Positions 36,101 through 48,699 of a DNA stretch of 64,000 nt are shown in pieces. Origin of the DNA: Paraspadella gotoi (taxonomy: Eukaryota; Animalia; Chaetognatha); assembly GCA_051294375.1 (NCBI GenBank), contig CM119264.1, positions 5,077,045 to 5,141,044 on the forward strand. Reading direction: 5' to 3'. Made by a program: the position numbers and the translations under genes. The notes beneath the pieces are model-generated. The model was given only the letters and a program-made list of their open reading frames with translations, was not told the origin of the DNA and made no database searches. Position 1 is the stretch's first letter, and every line of letters begins with the position of its first letter.

Positions 36101-39100
36101 GCTGGAATGAGAGGCGATGAGGGGCACGAGAGCGAAAGAAAAGATACCTGCCCATTGCTTCCCTAAATTGGCCACTCTGTCAGGCACTATGATGCCTGTT
36201 TGGTCACTCTCAATATAATACTAGTATAATACACAGGGCTGCGTAATATATAATAGCTGGAGCTCCGGGCGAACACGATTCTCTCTCGGAGGACGTATCT
36301 ACACTACTTCCACGTCATGAGGCGTCACTAATAAAACTCTCCTAGAGGAGCCGCCGTCGTGATATGGGTGACCTGAGCAATAAAATAGAAATGGAGCTTC
36401 TTAAAGGGAGAGAGACGTCTCGAGATGCTGATTAAAAAGTGTTATTAGAAAAAGGGGAAATAGCAACGATGACTATAGTCGTGGCGGCCCATAGGCATCT
36501 CTCTCTCTCATGAGATCTGCAACGTGGAGAACTCAATGATAAGGTCATAGGATATGGTATCTCTAAATATAATATCTATAATATGAGTATGTAATGAGGA
36601 ACGACAAATCTCGGGCGCTGGACACACGAGCTTCTAAGAACAGTGGAACATTGAGAATTGCGTAATATCATATATCTCTGATAACTAATTGAATAAAAAC
36701 TTGAAATTAAAAGTAAGATTCATAACAATATAAATGTAAAAGTATTATAATGAAAGTGAATGTATTCACAAGACAGATGAGCAAAGGGTTAGTGGTGGAA
36801 CTGTAATTCTGTAATAAGCAGATGAATGGGTCGAGTAGATATCTGCGTCGAACACCCGCTACTATCAAAATATAAATAATATCTGTATATGAGTCTTGAC
36901 GGCAATGGCGTGTGATGCTGTGGCTTCCTAAATAAAATGCGTGCTGCATCTAAAGCGTCTAACCTTTCGTGGGTGTATGCTGGTAAGGGTTAAAAATGTT
37001 AAAAGGAGGAGGGAAGTGGATTGATCAACACAATGCTAGGTACAGACTGTTTTCGTTATAATTATTTGTTGTAAGCATAGAGAAATATTTACAAGAGGTC
37101 TGGAAGTGCTTGGCCCAATGGAAGCTAAACAATTCACTTACTAATACACTGTGCGATCTAATGGAGCGTGTACACGTGACTTTGATCAAACATGAGTAGT
37201 CTTAATACTCGCATGACCATTGTGTTTTGCAAGGATAATTGAATTGAATCTCATGGAGGATAGCCTGAGACAGATATTTAACCAGAACACAAGGTTCTAT
37301 GACTACATAATTGAAGATCCTCTTAAGAAAGGTTCTCGTGAAACGAGAGAATTGAAGTAGAAGAGAAGCGAAATGAGGAAAGACAAAAATAAAACCAGCA
37401 AGAGCGAAAGAGATAACAAATGACCCAGGAGAGATAGTCCAACGAACCAGAAACATAAGGGGCGGGGAGGATGCCGTGCTCTCCATGCTGCATCCTCTCT
37501 GACTCCCATCTACCTCTCTCTGCGTCTGCATCACTCTTCCCTCTCTCTCTGACTCCCTGCTGCTCCTCGTCTCTTCATAACTCTCTCTCATTAACGGTGC
37601 TCTCTCTCCTCCTCCTGCACGAGGAAATTCGCTATGAGGCCCCCTCCCCCGCAACGGCGTTCTTACTCGCAAACAGGCTCGCTCGGCTTCCTCTTGGTTC
37701 GGCAACGAATACGGTGCTCTATTCCGATACTCGCTCGTGTCGGTGAGAAGATGAGATTCTGATCAGCTATGACTCGATCGCTCGGCAGGAGTGCCAATCC
37801 AGAAGACCGCTTCCGCTCCGCATTAGAACCAGCATCCTCCTCGCTCGCCACCACAGAGCTGGTGAGGCGGGCTCATCGGCACCCCCCACTTTATCTCACG
37901 CCCCCCTTCTATCCAGTTTTGGGGGGGCGGCTTCTTCTTAGTCTCCTTTATAGAAGCCTTGCTCAAGCCGAGACAACCCGTCGCCCCACCTATCCGTGCT
38001 TCCGTGGCGTATTGCCTCGCGACCTAATTGGCTTCCAAATGCTAGGCGTTACATTATCCGTGGTAGAACCGGGCGGCGGATCGTCCGACGCTGAATCGCG
38101 TCCGAGGGAGGGAGTTGCTGAAAGAAGGAATCGCCTCAGTTGGGTTGTTTGCCAGCTTTGGACTTGGCATGAAAGAAAAATGATAGGCTGATTCTGCCTA
38201 AAAGTGAGCCGTAGTATATAAGGATAGGCGTCACTGAATACGAAGATCGCCACGTGCAGAACGTGGTGGATAGGAGGAAGAACCATTTCGTGTGTATTTT
38301 GATGAGTTGTGTGGAATATATGGCTCAGAGTTAGCGATATGTGTTCTCGATAATGACAACTAGGGCGGACACTGGCACTCAGGAAGCGGATTGGCGTAGC
38401 CGCATCCTCAAGAGTGATCGGTCGGGATATAGAGAGACGGTCAGAGTATACACACGCTTTAGCTCAGTTCGGAGACAGTGCGGCCTTTGGCGGCGGCGGA
38501 GCTGATCTGGGGAAGGCGGCCGAGGTACATGCGTCCAAAGCGGAGGGATATTAGGCACTCCTCTTGAAAGAAAATACACCTCTGTGCAATCGTCGGGACA
38601 CAATATAATATCGGTCGTCATAATATAATGGATGCTCTAGTAACCACCTCCAAAGTGACTATTTTTTTTAATATTTGATTGTGCGTAGTAAGATTATGGA
38701 AGAACACGCGCAAAATATATAGGGTGTGTTATCTAAGAGAATTTTCAGAATCTTTTAAGCACCAGAATATCACATAGGTGGCTGGCAATAGTAAAGGAAG
38801 CTCTATGCTGCCGGGGACTACACAACAGGCAGGCGAGTATACAGAGTCTGCTCCCTTAAATATTGTTACGCAGGCTCCAGCACGCTCGTATGCAGAATAC
38901 AAGGACAAAACGGTATTAAAATCATTCACTCATCATCATTCTTCTGATAATTTTATCTAATTTTTTTACTATATTTCTAACTTAAGAAAGACGTTAAAAT
39001 TTTTTAAAAGCTTGTAATTTATATTCTTGTTTTAACTTTTTATGCTCTATAGAGAATCTATCAAAAAATTTAAGATTAAAAAAAACTTTGTACTTGTCAT

Positions 39101-41194
39101 ATATAATATAATATTTCATTTTACTATAAGCGAATATAAAGCTCAAGATCAACTTAGAAGCGGTTTTTGACAAAAATATACCATTTAACCATAATGCTAG
39201 GTCGGATCGCGCTTGAGATAGAGAAATTATGATTTTAACCCGCGCCCGCCGTATACGCGGATTAGCATTTAAAATGCATACTGCTGCAATCGACGCGCGG
39301 TACATGAGTGCTCCAATGACCAATAAATTTGACGTGTCCTATATGCATTCTTCCTCACACGCAATATTGAAGTTCATATGCGAACCCGCGATATCGATAA
39401 ATAAATAAAGAGCAAAATAATCACACAGGTCACACAAAGAGTAGTTACGTAATTTGAAGCTGACATGACAAGAAGCGACTTAGTGGTGAGAAAGGCAACA
39501 ACGCTTGTTGATCTGCATAAGCTTACGTCTCTCTACCAAAGGGCTTAAAATACAACAAAAAAAATATACTTAAATTCGGAAGCCTTTTCATTGATCTCAC
39601 AACGGCAATATGAATTCAAAATTGCGTAGGAACGATGTCTCCGCTGTCTCCCCTCTTCCCGCGTCACACTTTGCAGTAATGTCATCGCGCCAAAGAGGTG
39701 GACAGACGGGTTTTCCCAAAACATCTTTCAGGACAGAGAGAGATCTCGTTTTTGGTGGGCTGGCTCTTTTTGATGGCAAAAGACGAGGTAGAGCCTCTCT
39801 CAGGGCTATCAGGTGAGCTCTCGTCGCGCTGTATAGAACTCATTCGCGGCGGGTCTGCTTGTAGCAACGAGCAAAAAACCTTTGGTTCATCGTGCCCGTG
39901 CTCTCCAGTTGCACACAGAATTATTAATGGTGGAGGGTAGAGAGACTCAGTGTATCGCCGTTTAGATGCCACTTTCTTTTGGGAGGCGCGGGGCGGAATA
40001 ATATTTTAATGCTATCTTATGAGGCGTTTGGGCCTTCGGAAGCACGCCATCGACGGAGCCACTCCAGGCCGGCGCGTTAAAACTTTTCGTCTAGGAGTGG
40101 GTGCGAGAAATGATAACTAGATAAAGCAGGAGGCAACTCCCTCACGGACTGAGGTCCTCATTAAAAACAAGCGAGGGCGAACGGAGAAACGACCGCTACA
40201 CAAGGGCGAGGACTAAAAAAAAACCGCGTCAAAATGTCAATGCGACACAGTGACATCCAGAGCGACGGCCTGTGTCTGTATATGGGTCTGCTAGACACTC
40301 GCGGCGCCATTAAACATCTCTAGAAAATGTCGCAAGAGAAGTTAATCTGAGCCACGAATTACGAATTATTAGGAGCGCGATGGACGGGTCTCGTCTTGGT
40401 CGGCGTCGCGATACCCATTAAGAACAGACATAATACCGGAATGCAAGAATGGGTGTAGGAGTGCGCAAGAGGAAGATATTTCTCGAGCTTTATCGCCTTT
40501 ATTAATTAAATAGGATAGAAGCACTGCTTCGCGCCTTATATAGTCGAAAATGTGATCGTGGCCTGAAGTCTCTCTGCCTGTGATTTGTAATCCGGTCTTA
40601 AGTACAAGGAGGTTCACGGCCTCGCATCGGACGGTTTTGAAGCCAAGTAGTTGCGGATTTCTAAACCCTTCCGCCTTTCACTTGCTCTCTCTCTCTCTGC
40701 TGCGTCTATACTTCTTTGCTCTCTGGCCTCTCTGTGCTGTTGCGTGCCGCTCCTGCGTCTCTGTGCGCGTCCTGTTCGTCGATGGGCCGTGGCTCTCCTC
40801 TCCTCATAGCGTGACGAGCACTAATTCGCTTCGTCTCACTGTCGGCTCTATCGATCCCGTGTTAGGGTTCACGTTCTGTNNNNNNNNNNNNNNNNNNNNN
40901 NNNNTCACCTCTCCTCAACTACTCTCTCTCTTTCTCAGTCGCTCACCCGCATCAAAGATAAAAATCAGCAGTGAAAAGAGACGAGGGGTCAAAATATCAG
41001 AGGCCAGTGAGTCGCCTGTGAAAGGTCAGAAGTGAGAGGTTGGCCGGTCGCCTGTAAAAGGCATTCGGAATTTTCGCCCGCAAAATTCTAAGACTGACTC
41101 GCGTTTGGAAAGCAACGACGACAACAACAACAACATTAGTTCCTCAATCGCTCGAGCGAATCGATATCGAGTTGTCATGTCATATCTTGCTTTT

Positions 41195-41228
<34 letters not shown>

Positions 41229-42231
41229 ATCTCCCCTCTCTCTCCTCTCTACTCTCTCTCTCTACTCTCTTCTGCTCTGCCCACTTAAATTCTATCATTC
41301 TTATCAGCCCGCATCCTCGATCCCCTTTTATATACGATGTCCGTCCATCCTGTCCGTTCAACCGGAACACGTTTCACCCAGATTTTTCCCTCTTTTTCTC
41401 TGATTTATGTTTTCGGTCATAATTTTCGAGGGAAGTGGACGTCTTGGAAATCGCATGGTTGCTAGTAGTGGACGCTTTGTTTGTGGCCTTCCATCGCTGT
41501 TCTCTTTTTAGTTGAGCCGCGAGTGATAGAGAGCAACACTACGTATTAGTCAATTACTTGTGTAATATTGGTTTATTTTAATTAATAATCTGCAGATAAN
41601 NNNNNNNNNGGCAAATCGAGTTAATACGGCGAAACAGCTTGGAATTAAAGTTTTTTTTTGCTTCTAAGTATTCCTTACTTTTGAACTTATTTTTTCTTTT
41701 TTTTTCTCCGCCCTTTTCACGGCTTTTATTTCTCTTTTCGCTATCCATGTCCTACATTTCCCCGTTATTTCCTTTTTTTCCTTTTATCTTCAGTCCGCTC
41801 CCTCATTATTAACTTACCTTTATACCTAATTACCCATTCCTCTTCCCCACGCCTTCCCCACAACTTCGCCCTACCTGCCAACGCAAATTCCGCCCACGAT
41901 CTAATTTATTGAAAACCTCGACGTCGTCAATATTACCTCGAAGACGAATTTCTCGGAAATCGCAAAGCGAAGGAAACGAAGCGAAGATGAGCTGAAGGAG
42001 CCCGAGTTCTTGCAAGAAGCATTTATTTCTCAAGAACGTTAATTGTTTGGAAGGATGTATTATTCAAGTGTTATATTTTTACAAAAGATATTGGTGACAG
42101 TAGCCAGACAGCTTTTTGTATTTCGACTTGTTGATTTCATTGTTGTCAGTATAAAAAGTAAACAATTATTGCTTATTATACCTAAAGAAAAACGATCGAC
42201 AACAACATTGTAAAACAAGAACGGTAATTCA

Positions 42232-42405
42232 AATGTGTTGCGCCGCAGTGACTGCATTATCACGTGTATTTCTCGTGACATGACATGAGATGACATGACT
42301 ACAACGTAAGTGGGACAGTCCGAGGTACAGACATACCGACCGACAGACCGACCGAAAAGTGACTTATAGTGTTGCTCCGCGAGTACTATCGGCGCAACGA
42401 AAAAC
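42232..42405 (-). mobile_element. Short HINE/DINE-like element (family H2)
   Basis: Minus strand: TTTTTCGTTGCGCC...GGAGCAAC (local inverted repeat), then a (GTCG/GTCT)n tract and a 3' GGCGCAACAC subTIR. A related copy lies at about 43030-43270 (+). Confidence 0.6.
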
Positions 42406-43290
42406 AACTTTCGCTCGCTACTGATGGAATAGAGAGAATTGTGGTTTTGAGTTTAAGTCTGGAAAGTCGTTGATCCGAAATGGAATTTATTCATAGTTTT
42501 TCTTCTTTTTTGTCACACAAAAATTGTATATGTGAAATAGAAATATCGAATTCGTTTAAGAAAAAAAATTGCCGTTAGCCAAGTTTCGGAGCAGGAAAAG
42601 AATTGGTAAGTTAGGGTAGAAAGAAAGGGCGACGTCGGGATGCTGAAGACGCGGTTGGGTTGTGCGATTCAGAGGAGGAGAAATATTCATTTGGGTTTTC
42701 AAGAAATTTATATTTTACATGAAGATATCATTTTTTAAAGCATATACAGCGGAATTTTAAGAATAATTTCTCTACGTAGTAAATATATTGAGAAATATTG
42801 ACCAAAACTGACAACAAAAAAAACTTTAGTAAGACACAAATATTGAAAAACCCTTGCATGCGATATTATTACAAATTCTCTTTTCTAATTTTATCAAACT
42901 TTCTCAACCTTTTCGCATCCTCTCCCATTTTTCTTGCCATTTTTGTAACCCTCTTTTAAAAACTGCTATGTCTTCTAAACATTCAAAATTTTCCTCCTTT
43001 CATTCCTCACATGTGCTTCCATTCATTAGTTTCTCCCCGAGCAGTCTCGGCGTAACTGTAAAAATCATTTCTTGATCAGTCGGTCTGTATGCCTGTCTGT
43101 CTTTTTGTCTGCCTTTCTGTAAAATCATATGTTAGTTATTTCATTTAATACTAAACAGAGAAGTAATCAATTATTCAATCATAAGATGCTTCAGGTACAT
43201 ATGTTTTATACTTGTATAGTTATGTGATCATCTGGAAATGCATCCAAAAAGTTAATGAGGCGCAACACCTTGAACCTGCAGGTTTTTGTT

Positions 43291-43852
43291 TTTTAGCCGG
43301 ATCTGCTTAGTGCTTACAGCAGATTCCGGCTCTATAATTCATTTTGTCGGTCCGTCGGTCCGCTCCCAAAATCTTGTCAGAACATCGAATTATGATAAAT
43401 TATGCAAAATATGTCTGTCTGTCTCTCTATCTGTCTGTCTGTCCGTCCGTCTGCCCCACCTTAGCAAAAAACACTAATTACTCGTGATTTACAGGATGGA
43501 TTGGAATAAAATTTTGTGTGTGGGTAGGAAAGTGTGTGATTGAGCAGGAAAAAAAGTTTAGATGGAATCGTTCAAGTGGAAATGACAATCAATCTATTTC
43601 ACTATTTGATTATGCTTTTTTTATTTTTATATGAAATGTAAATTCAAGCTGCATTAATCAATTTTTAATAAATAAGTAAATAATTAATTATTTGTAATTA
43701 ATTAATTAATTAATTAATTTTGTGATCGAGATTGTTGTTTTGTGATTGAGAGGAGAGACAAAGTGGAAAACTATTTTGACACGAATAAAAAAATTAATAT
43801 TAATTATCTGATCAGCTCCTTACCGCTAATGATCGTAGGCAGATCCGGCTTT
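43291..43852 (+). mobile_element. Full-length DINE-1/HINE-like element (family H1)
   Basis: 5' TTTTAGCCGGATCTGC, nearby inverted partial copy GCAGATTCCGGC, (GTCT/GTCC)n microsatellite, and 3' GCAGATCCGGCT followed by T bases. Confidence 0.8.
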
Positions 43853-44074
43853 ATTTGTCCTTTCTTTTTATATATTACCGTTTAGTCATTTGTGCTATTT
43901 TATATGAAAAACTATAAACAGTTCTAAAAAATGTTTGAAACTTTCATTACCTTTGTTTCAACATTTTTTCTTTCTTTTCTTTTCCTCCCTCTACCATCCT
44001 CGACCTCGGCAGCCANNNNNNNNNNNNNNNNNNNNNNNNNGATAAAATTTGGTATTAGGTACGATCCCGCCACA

Positions 44075-44127
44075 GTAATAATAATAACAATTATTATATA
44101 ATTAATAATAATGATATATAATAATAA

Positions 44128-44167
<40 letters not shown>

Positions 44168-44790
44168 TAATAATAACAAATCGAGAGAAGATGATTCTTG
44201 GAAGATCGAGAGCTTAGAAGAGAAAACCAATTGGAAAGGCGTGCCTTCGCACTGAGATGTAGAAAGTCACTGGATGGTCGCGATATGGGCGAAAAAAAAA
44301 AGAAAGAAGAAAGAAAGAAAGAACATAAAGAAAGATATGAAGAAACAAATAAAGAAAGAAAAAAGAAAGAAAGAAAGAAAGAAATGAAAAAAAAACAGTA
44401 ACCGTAGCAATGATAAGATTTATTAGACATGAGGACTCGCAGAAAGAAAGTTGAGAAAGAAAGAAATGGTAAAAAAAGAAAGAGAAAGTAGGAACAGTAT
44501 AAAGGACAAAAAACAAAAACAAGAAGGGAAAGGAACAACAGATCTTGAAAGAACAGGAAAGAAGCAATACGTGAAAGGAGAAAAAGAAAGGGAAAATAAG
44601 TAAAAAAGAAAAAAGAAGAAGCGCAAGACCATATAAAAGAGAGAAAGAAAGAGAATAGCAGAAAGAAGAGAATATATAGCAAAAATAGAAAAGAGAGATC
44701 GAAAGCAATAAAGAAAAAAAAAGGAAAGTAACAAGAAAAAAGAGCGAGGAAGAGAGAATGAGAGAGAGAGAGAGAAGAGAGAGAGAGAAG
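44075..44790. repeat. (AAT)n microsatellite followed by a long A/G-rich (AAAG-like) low-complexity tract
   Basis: Directly visible; it explains the F/L/S-rich minus-strand ORFs here. Confidence 0.9.
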
Positions 44791-45736
44791 AATGTGTCCT
44801 TATCTCTGCGTTCGGAGAGATCCCTTTATTAATGGGCTGGTCGCCTGTAGGGAGAGAAGTGATGTGCGCGAGTAGGAGGGAGGGAGCAATAACTTGGTGA
44901 TGTTGGCGGAAATTGGGGAAGGTTCTGAGGGAACATTATATTTTAATTTGCAGGGACACGGAGAAGAGAGATTCTTAGAGAAAGAGGAATAGCAACAGCT
45001 AGAAAGCAATACGCAACTCCCCAACAGATTTGTCCTCGTGGTCATGGTGATCTGGGACCGAGCGAGGCAACGCTACTCCGCGGTCTCAGGTCACGTTCAC
45101 ACCCAGACTCACGCCCAATTGGAGCGAGACGTCATCGGGAAGGATTCTTAGAGAGAAGGGGGGGCAACAGACCGGATTCTATAAATATTGATCAGGGTCG
45201 CGACGGACAGGGTTGAAATGAAGTCGGTCCCACGTTGCGCCTGGCTCGCGGCCTTTGGAAGAAAAAACTGCCAAAGCTGAACTCATTATAATATAAAAGT
45301 CTGACAAAACAATGTCGGATCTGCGGCCTTACGATAATAAGCTCGGTTAATTAAATCTAATCCGGATGATAAATCACGTAGATTATCTCGGTGGCGACGC
45401 GCAAAGCTGAGGGAATAAGGACTGAGAAGAGGGAATCCGAGAAAAAATGAGTGGATGAAAATGGAGGAAAGCGGAGGAGTAATTATGCTGACGTGAACCT
45501 ATGAATAGGAGAAATAGTAACAGAATATAAAGAGGAATAGTAAGAGTGAACTAATAGAACATGAAAAGTGTGGTGAAGATTAAACTGGAGGGGCTTAATC
45601 ATAACAGAGTAGAGAATGGAGAAGTAAAACTTAAACTCTTAAAAAAAATTATGTATGAGGAAAGAAAGAAAAGAGATCTATGTGTAAATATCGAATAATC
45701 ATCTGTGAATCAAGTGAATCTCTTCGGAAGTACTTT

Positions 45737-46587
45737 GGCTGCGAGGTCGAATACTAGTGGTAGAGGCTCAGTGAAAAGAAAAGAAAGAAAGGCAAATGTT
45801 GAAACAAATGGTAAATTAACCAACTGTGAAACATTAAAATCAATGCTAATGTTCAAACATGGTTTTTTAGAACTGTGTTTATAAATTAGTTTTTCTATAT
45901 AATGAATAGCACAAATGAACCTAAACGGCGTAATATATAAAAAAGTATAATGAATACAGATAGAATCACGGATCTGTCCTTATACGATCATAAGCGAGAT
46001 AGGAATGCTGATCAGATATAATAATTTATTGTGCTTTATATCGTGTATCAATAATATATCAAGGTAGTTTGGCTCCACTTTGTCTCTCTCTCAATTCACA
46101 AAAAAACAATCTCGATCACAAAATTTAAATTAATTAATTAATTAATTACAAATTAATTAATTATTTACTTTATTTATTAAAAATTAATTAATTGCAGCTT
46201 GAATTTACATTTCATATATTTAAAAATAAAATAAGCATAATCAAATAGTGAAATAGATTGATTGTCATTCCACATCTGGAACGATTCCATCTAAACTTCT
46301 CTGCTCAATTCACACACTTTCCTAACCCTTACACACAAAATTTTATTCCAATTCCATCCTGTAAATTCACGAGTGAATTAGTGTTCTAAGGTGGGCAGTA
46401 CGGACGGACATGACAGACTAATTTATTCTTATGACCTTGGAAACATTAATTATCATAATCGTTGGATAGTTCTGACAATCAAGACTTTTTGGATGGACCG
46501 ATAATTTGGTCAATCAACGGCACCTCGAAGGGGCTCCACACAGAATGAGAATATGATTAGAGCGGAATCTGCTGTAAGAACTAAGCG
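45737..46587 (-). repeat. Indel-rich inverted copy of 43305-44015 (HINE plus its flank)
   Basis: For example TGGCTGCGAGGTCGA mirrors TCGACCTCGGCAGCCA, and ATAGCACAAATGA mirrors TCATTTGTGCTAT. Confidence 0.8.
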
Positions 46588-48699
46588 AATAACGACGACG
46601 ATACAAAACAAAAGGGAAACATGCTATGTGTAAAAATTCTCTCAAAAGGTGTTTTGTAATGGTCTTTTGGTTTTCTTAATTTAAACTTTTTGAATCCTAC
46701 GATTCCATCAAAAAAATTATATCCAAAGCTTAACCACATTACTTCCTGTACCCACACACAAAATTCATTTTTCAATTTATCTATTTCCAATTTTTTATCC
46801 ATCAATATAATAATTATGAGGTAAAAATACTTCAATATATGAAAATATTTGACTTAATTTTTTTTTCAATTTAAACTCATTTTCCATCCCGCACGATTTC
46901 ATCAAAAACTTTATTCCAGCCATAATTAGATTGTTCTGACGTGATTAAGTGGACGCGCTGGCCTGCCATTAAACTTTTGGATGCATCCAGGATCCAATAA
47001 GATTTAGGGGGAACGCGAGTGCGGGACTGAACAAAGTTTGGATTATAATTAGAGTCGAGTCTGCTTATAAGCAGATCAATCTTAATAGATTTTTCTATGG
47101 CTAAATAACTAATAAAAATACAAACTGAGGTGTATAACATTATGAAGACATCTTGAATCCAGAAGATTCTTGGGATGTATTAAAGTAGAGCATGACCAAT
47201 ATATTCTAAATTTTTTTAGCTTCCTTTGCGTTACACACTCTTTACGAAATTTGGTCAGCATACGTAACAGAAGATGAAGCCACTCTTATGCACGTAACAC
47301 AATTTGGGCAATTAGATCACAAAGGATTAGTAAGCAGCGGAATTACCTGATTTCTACCAAGTTTAGATATACTGGCCATAGACCAGAGATCGTGTAAGAA
47401 GCCCGTCATGGTACGAGGATAACATATGATTTTACAGATATTAAAGAGAAAAATTTATGCATTTATTACGCTAAAAGTACAGACAGGGTTGAAATATTTG
47501 TTATTCAAACAGTTCATGAACTTACGTATTTCTAACTTATCCTTTAACTTATTTTTAACAAACCGTTCAATGAATTTTTCAATTCATATGGTACAAAATG
47601 ATAAGGGGTATTCACTCGTTAAATTTCCTATATCTTTGTATAGTGTCAGTCCATGACAAATAATATGATTTTACAGTCTACTATGACCTGATGAGAGGTT
47701 TCTCTTGACCGAATCTCTTCGCATTCCCACAAATGTCTGTATCACTCCAAAGAGAGATTCATCATAAATTTCGATTGGAACGACTGATGAAGATGTTTCT
47801 GATTTTCGCTTCAGTAATAAACTATATTGGGTAGTTGGCCTATGCGTTTGTAAAGTGCGAGTAAATCGAGATTTACCTGGCATGGGATTTAAGGGGGTAG
47901 CAATAAACTTGTTATAAAAACAAATGTAGTTAAAATTTCCAAAAAATAGGATCAGTATAACAGACCTCTTATACTAAACAAAATTTACATGATAAGGCAC
48001 GAAAAATGAAAAATCAGTTTTGAAAGAACTTATTTATTAAAAGGAGAAAGGATCTAGAAAAAAGAAATTGCAGACATTTTAAATTTATAAGAAAGGAAAT
48101 TAACATATCACTCAGGTGAAAAATAAGAAAGGAGGAAATCAGGATATAAAGAAAGAGGAATCAGGTATAAAGATTAAGTTAGCAAATCAGGATAAAGAAC
48201 CGCCAGTAGACAAGGAATTCTCTTCAGCGCGAAACAACTTCAACCTTTATTTCTCTGACTCTCTCTCTGTCTCTCTGTCTCTCTCCTTCCTTTCTCTCTT
48301 TCTCTCGCTTTCGCTAACTCTGACAAAAAGACAAGAAGCAAAGACAAGATTTCCATGGAAAACATTTGCCCTTTGGCAAAATAGAATAAATTCTCCTGAG
48401 TTGAATTTGTTTGCTAAAGAATAATAACGATAAAAAAAATAATAATGATAATATTATTAATAATATAAATGATATTAATAATAATAATATTGATATTAAT
48501 GATATTGAAAACATTAATAATTTGGGAATAATTTGCTGAAAAAATAACGAAACCACCAAACTTTATGTTTTCTTTGAAGAATGCCTAAAATTTATCCAAT
48601 TTCATTTAACAAAAGAGAAGTGAAAATAGTAATAGAAAAACAAAAATTTTAATACATTCTGTTTTCATTTTCATACTATTTCCCCCTTTTCACCCAAAG

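Noticed and set aside
39950-40580. Degraded LINE reverse transcriptase on the minus strand (TSGHDHI, possible RPIAL)
   Set aside because: Only two weak motif echoes in very noisy sequence, with no YADD; not supportable.
43924-44734. Long hydrophobic ORFs (252, 164, 103 aa)
   Set aside because: They are translations of AAT and AAAG microsatellites and cross an N gap.
46900-47880. Coding-like fragments (LHTLYEIWSAYVTEDEATL...)
   Set aside because: Short, interrupted by stops, with no recognisable family or consistent splice phases.
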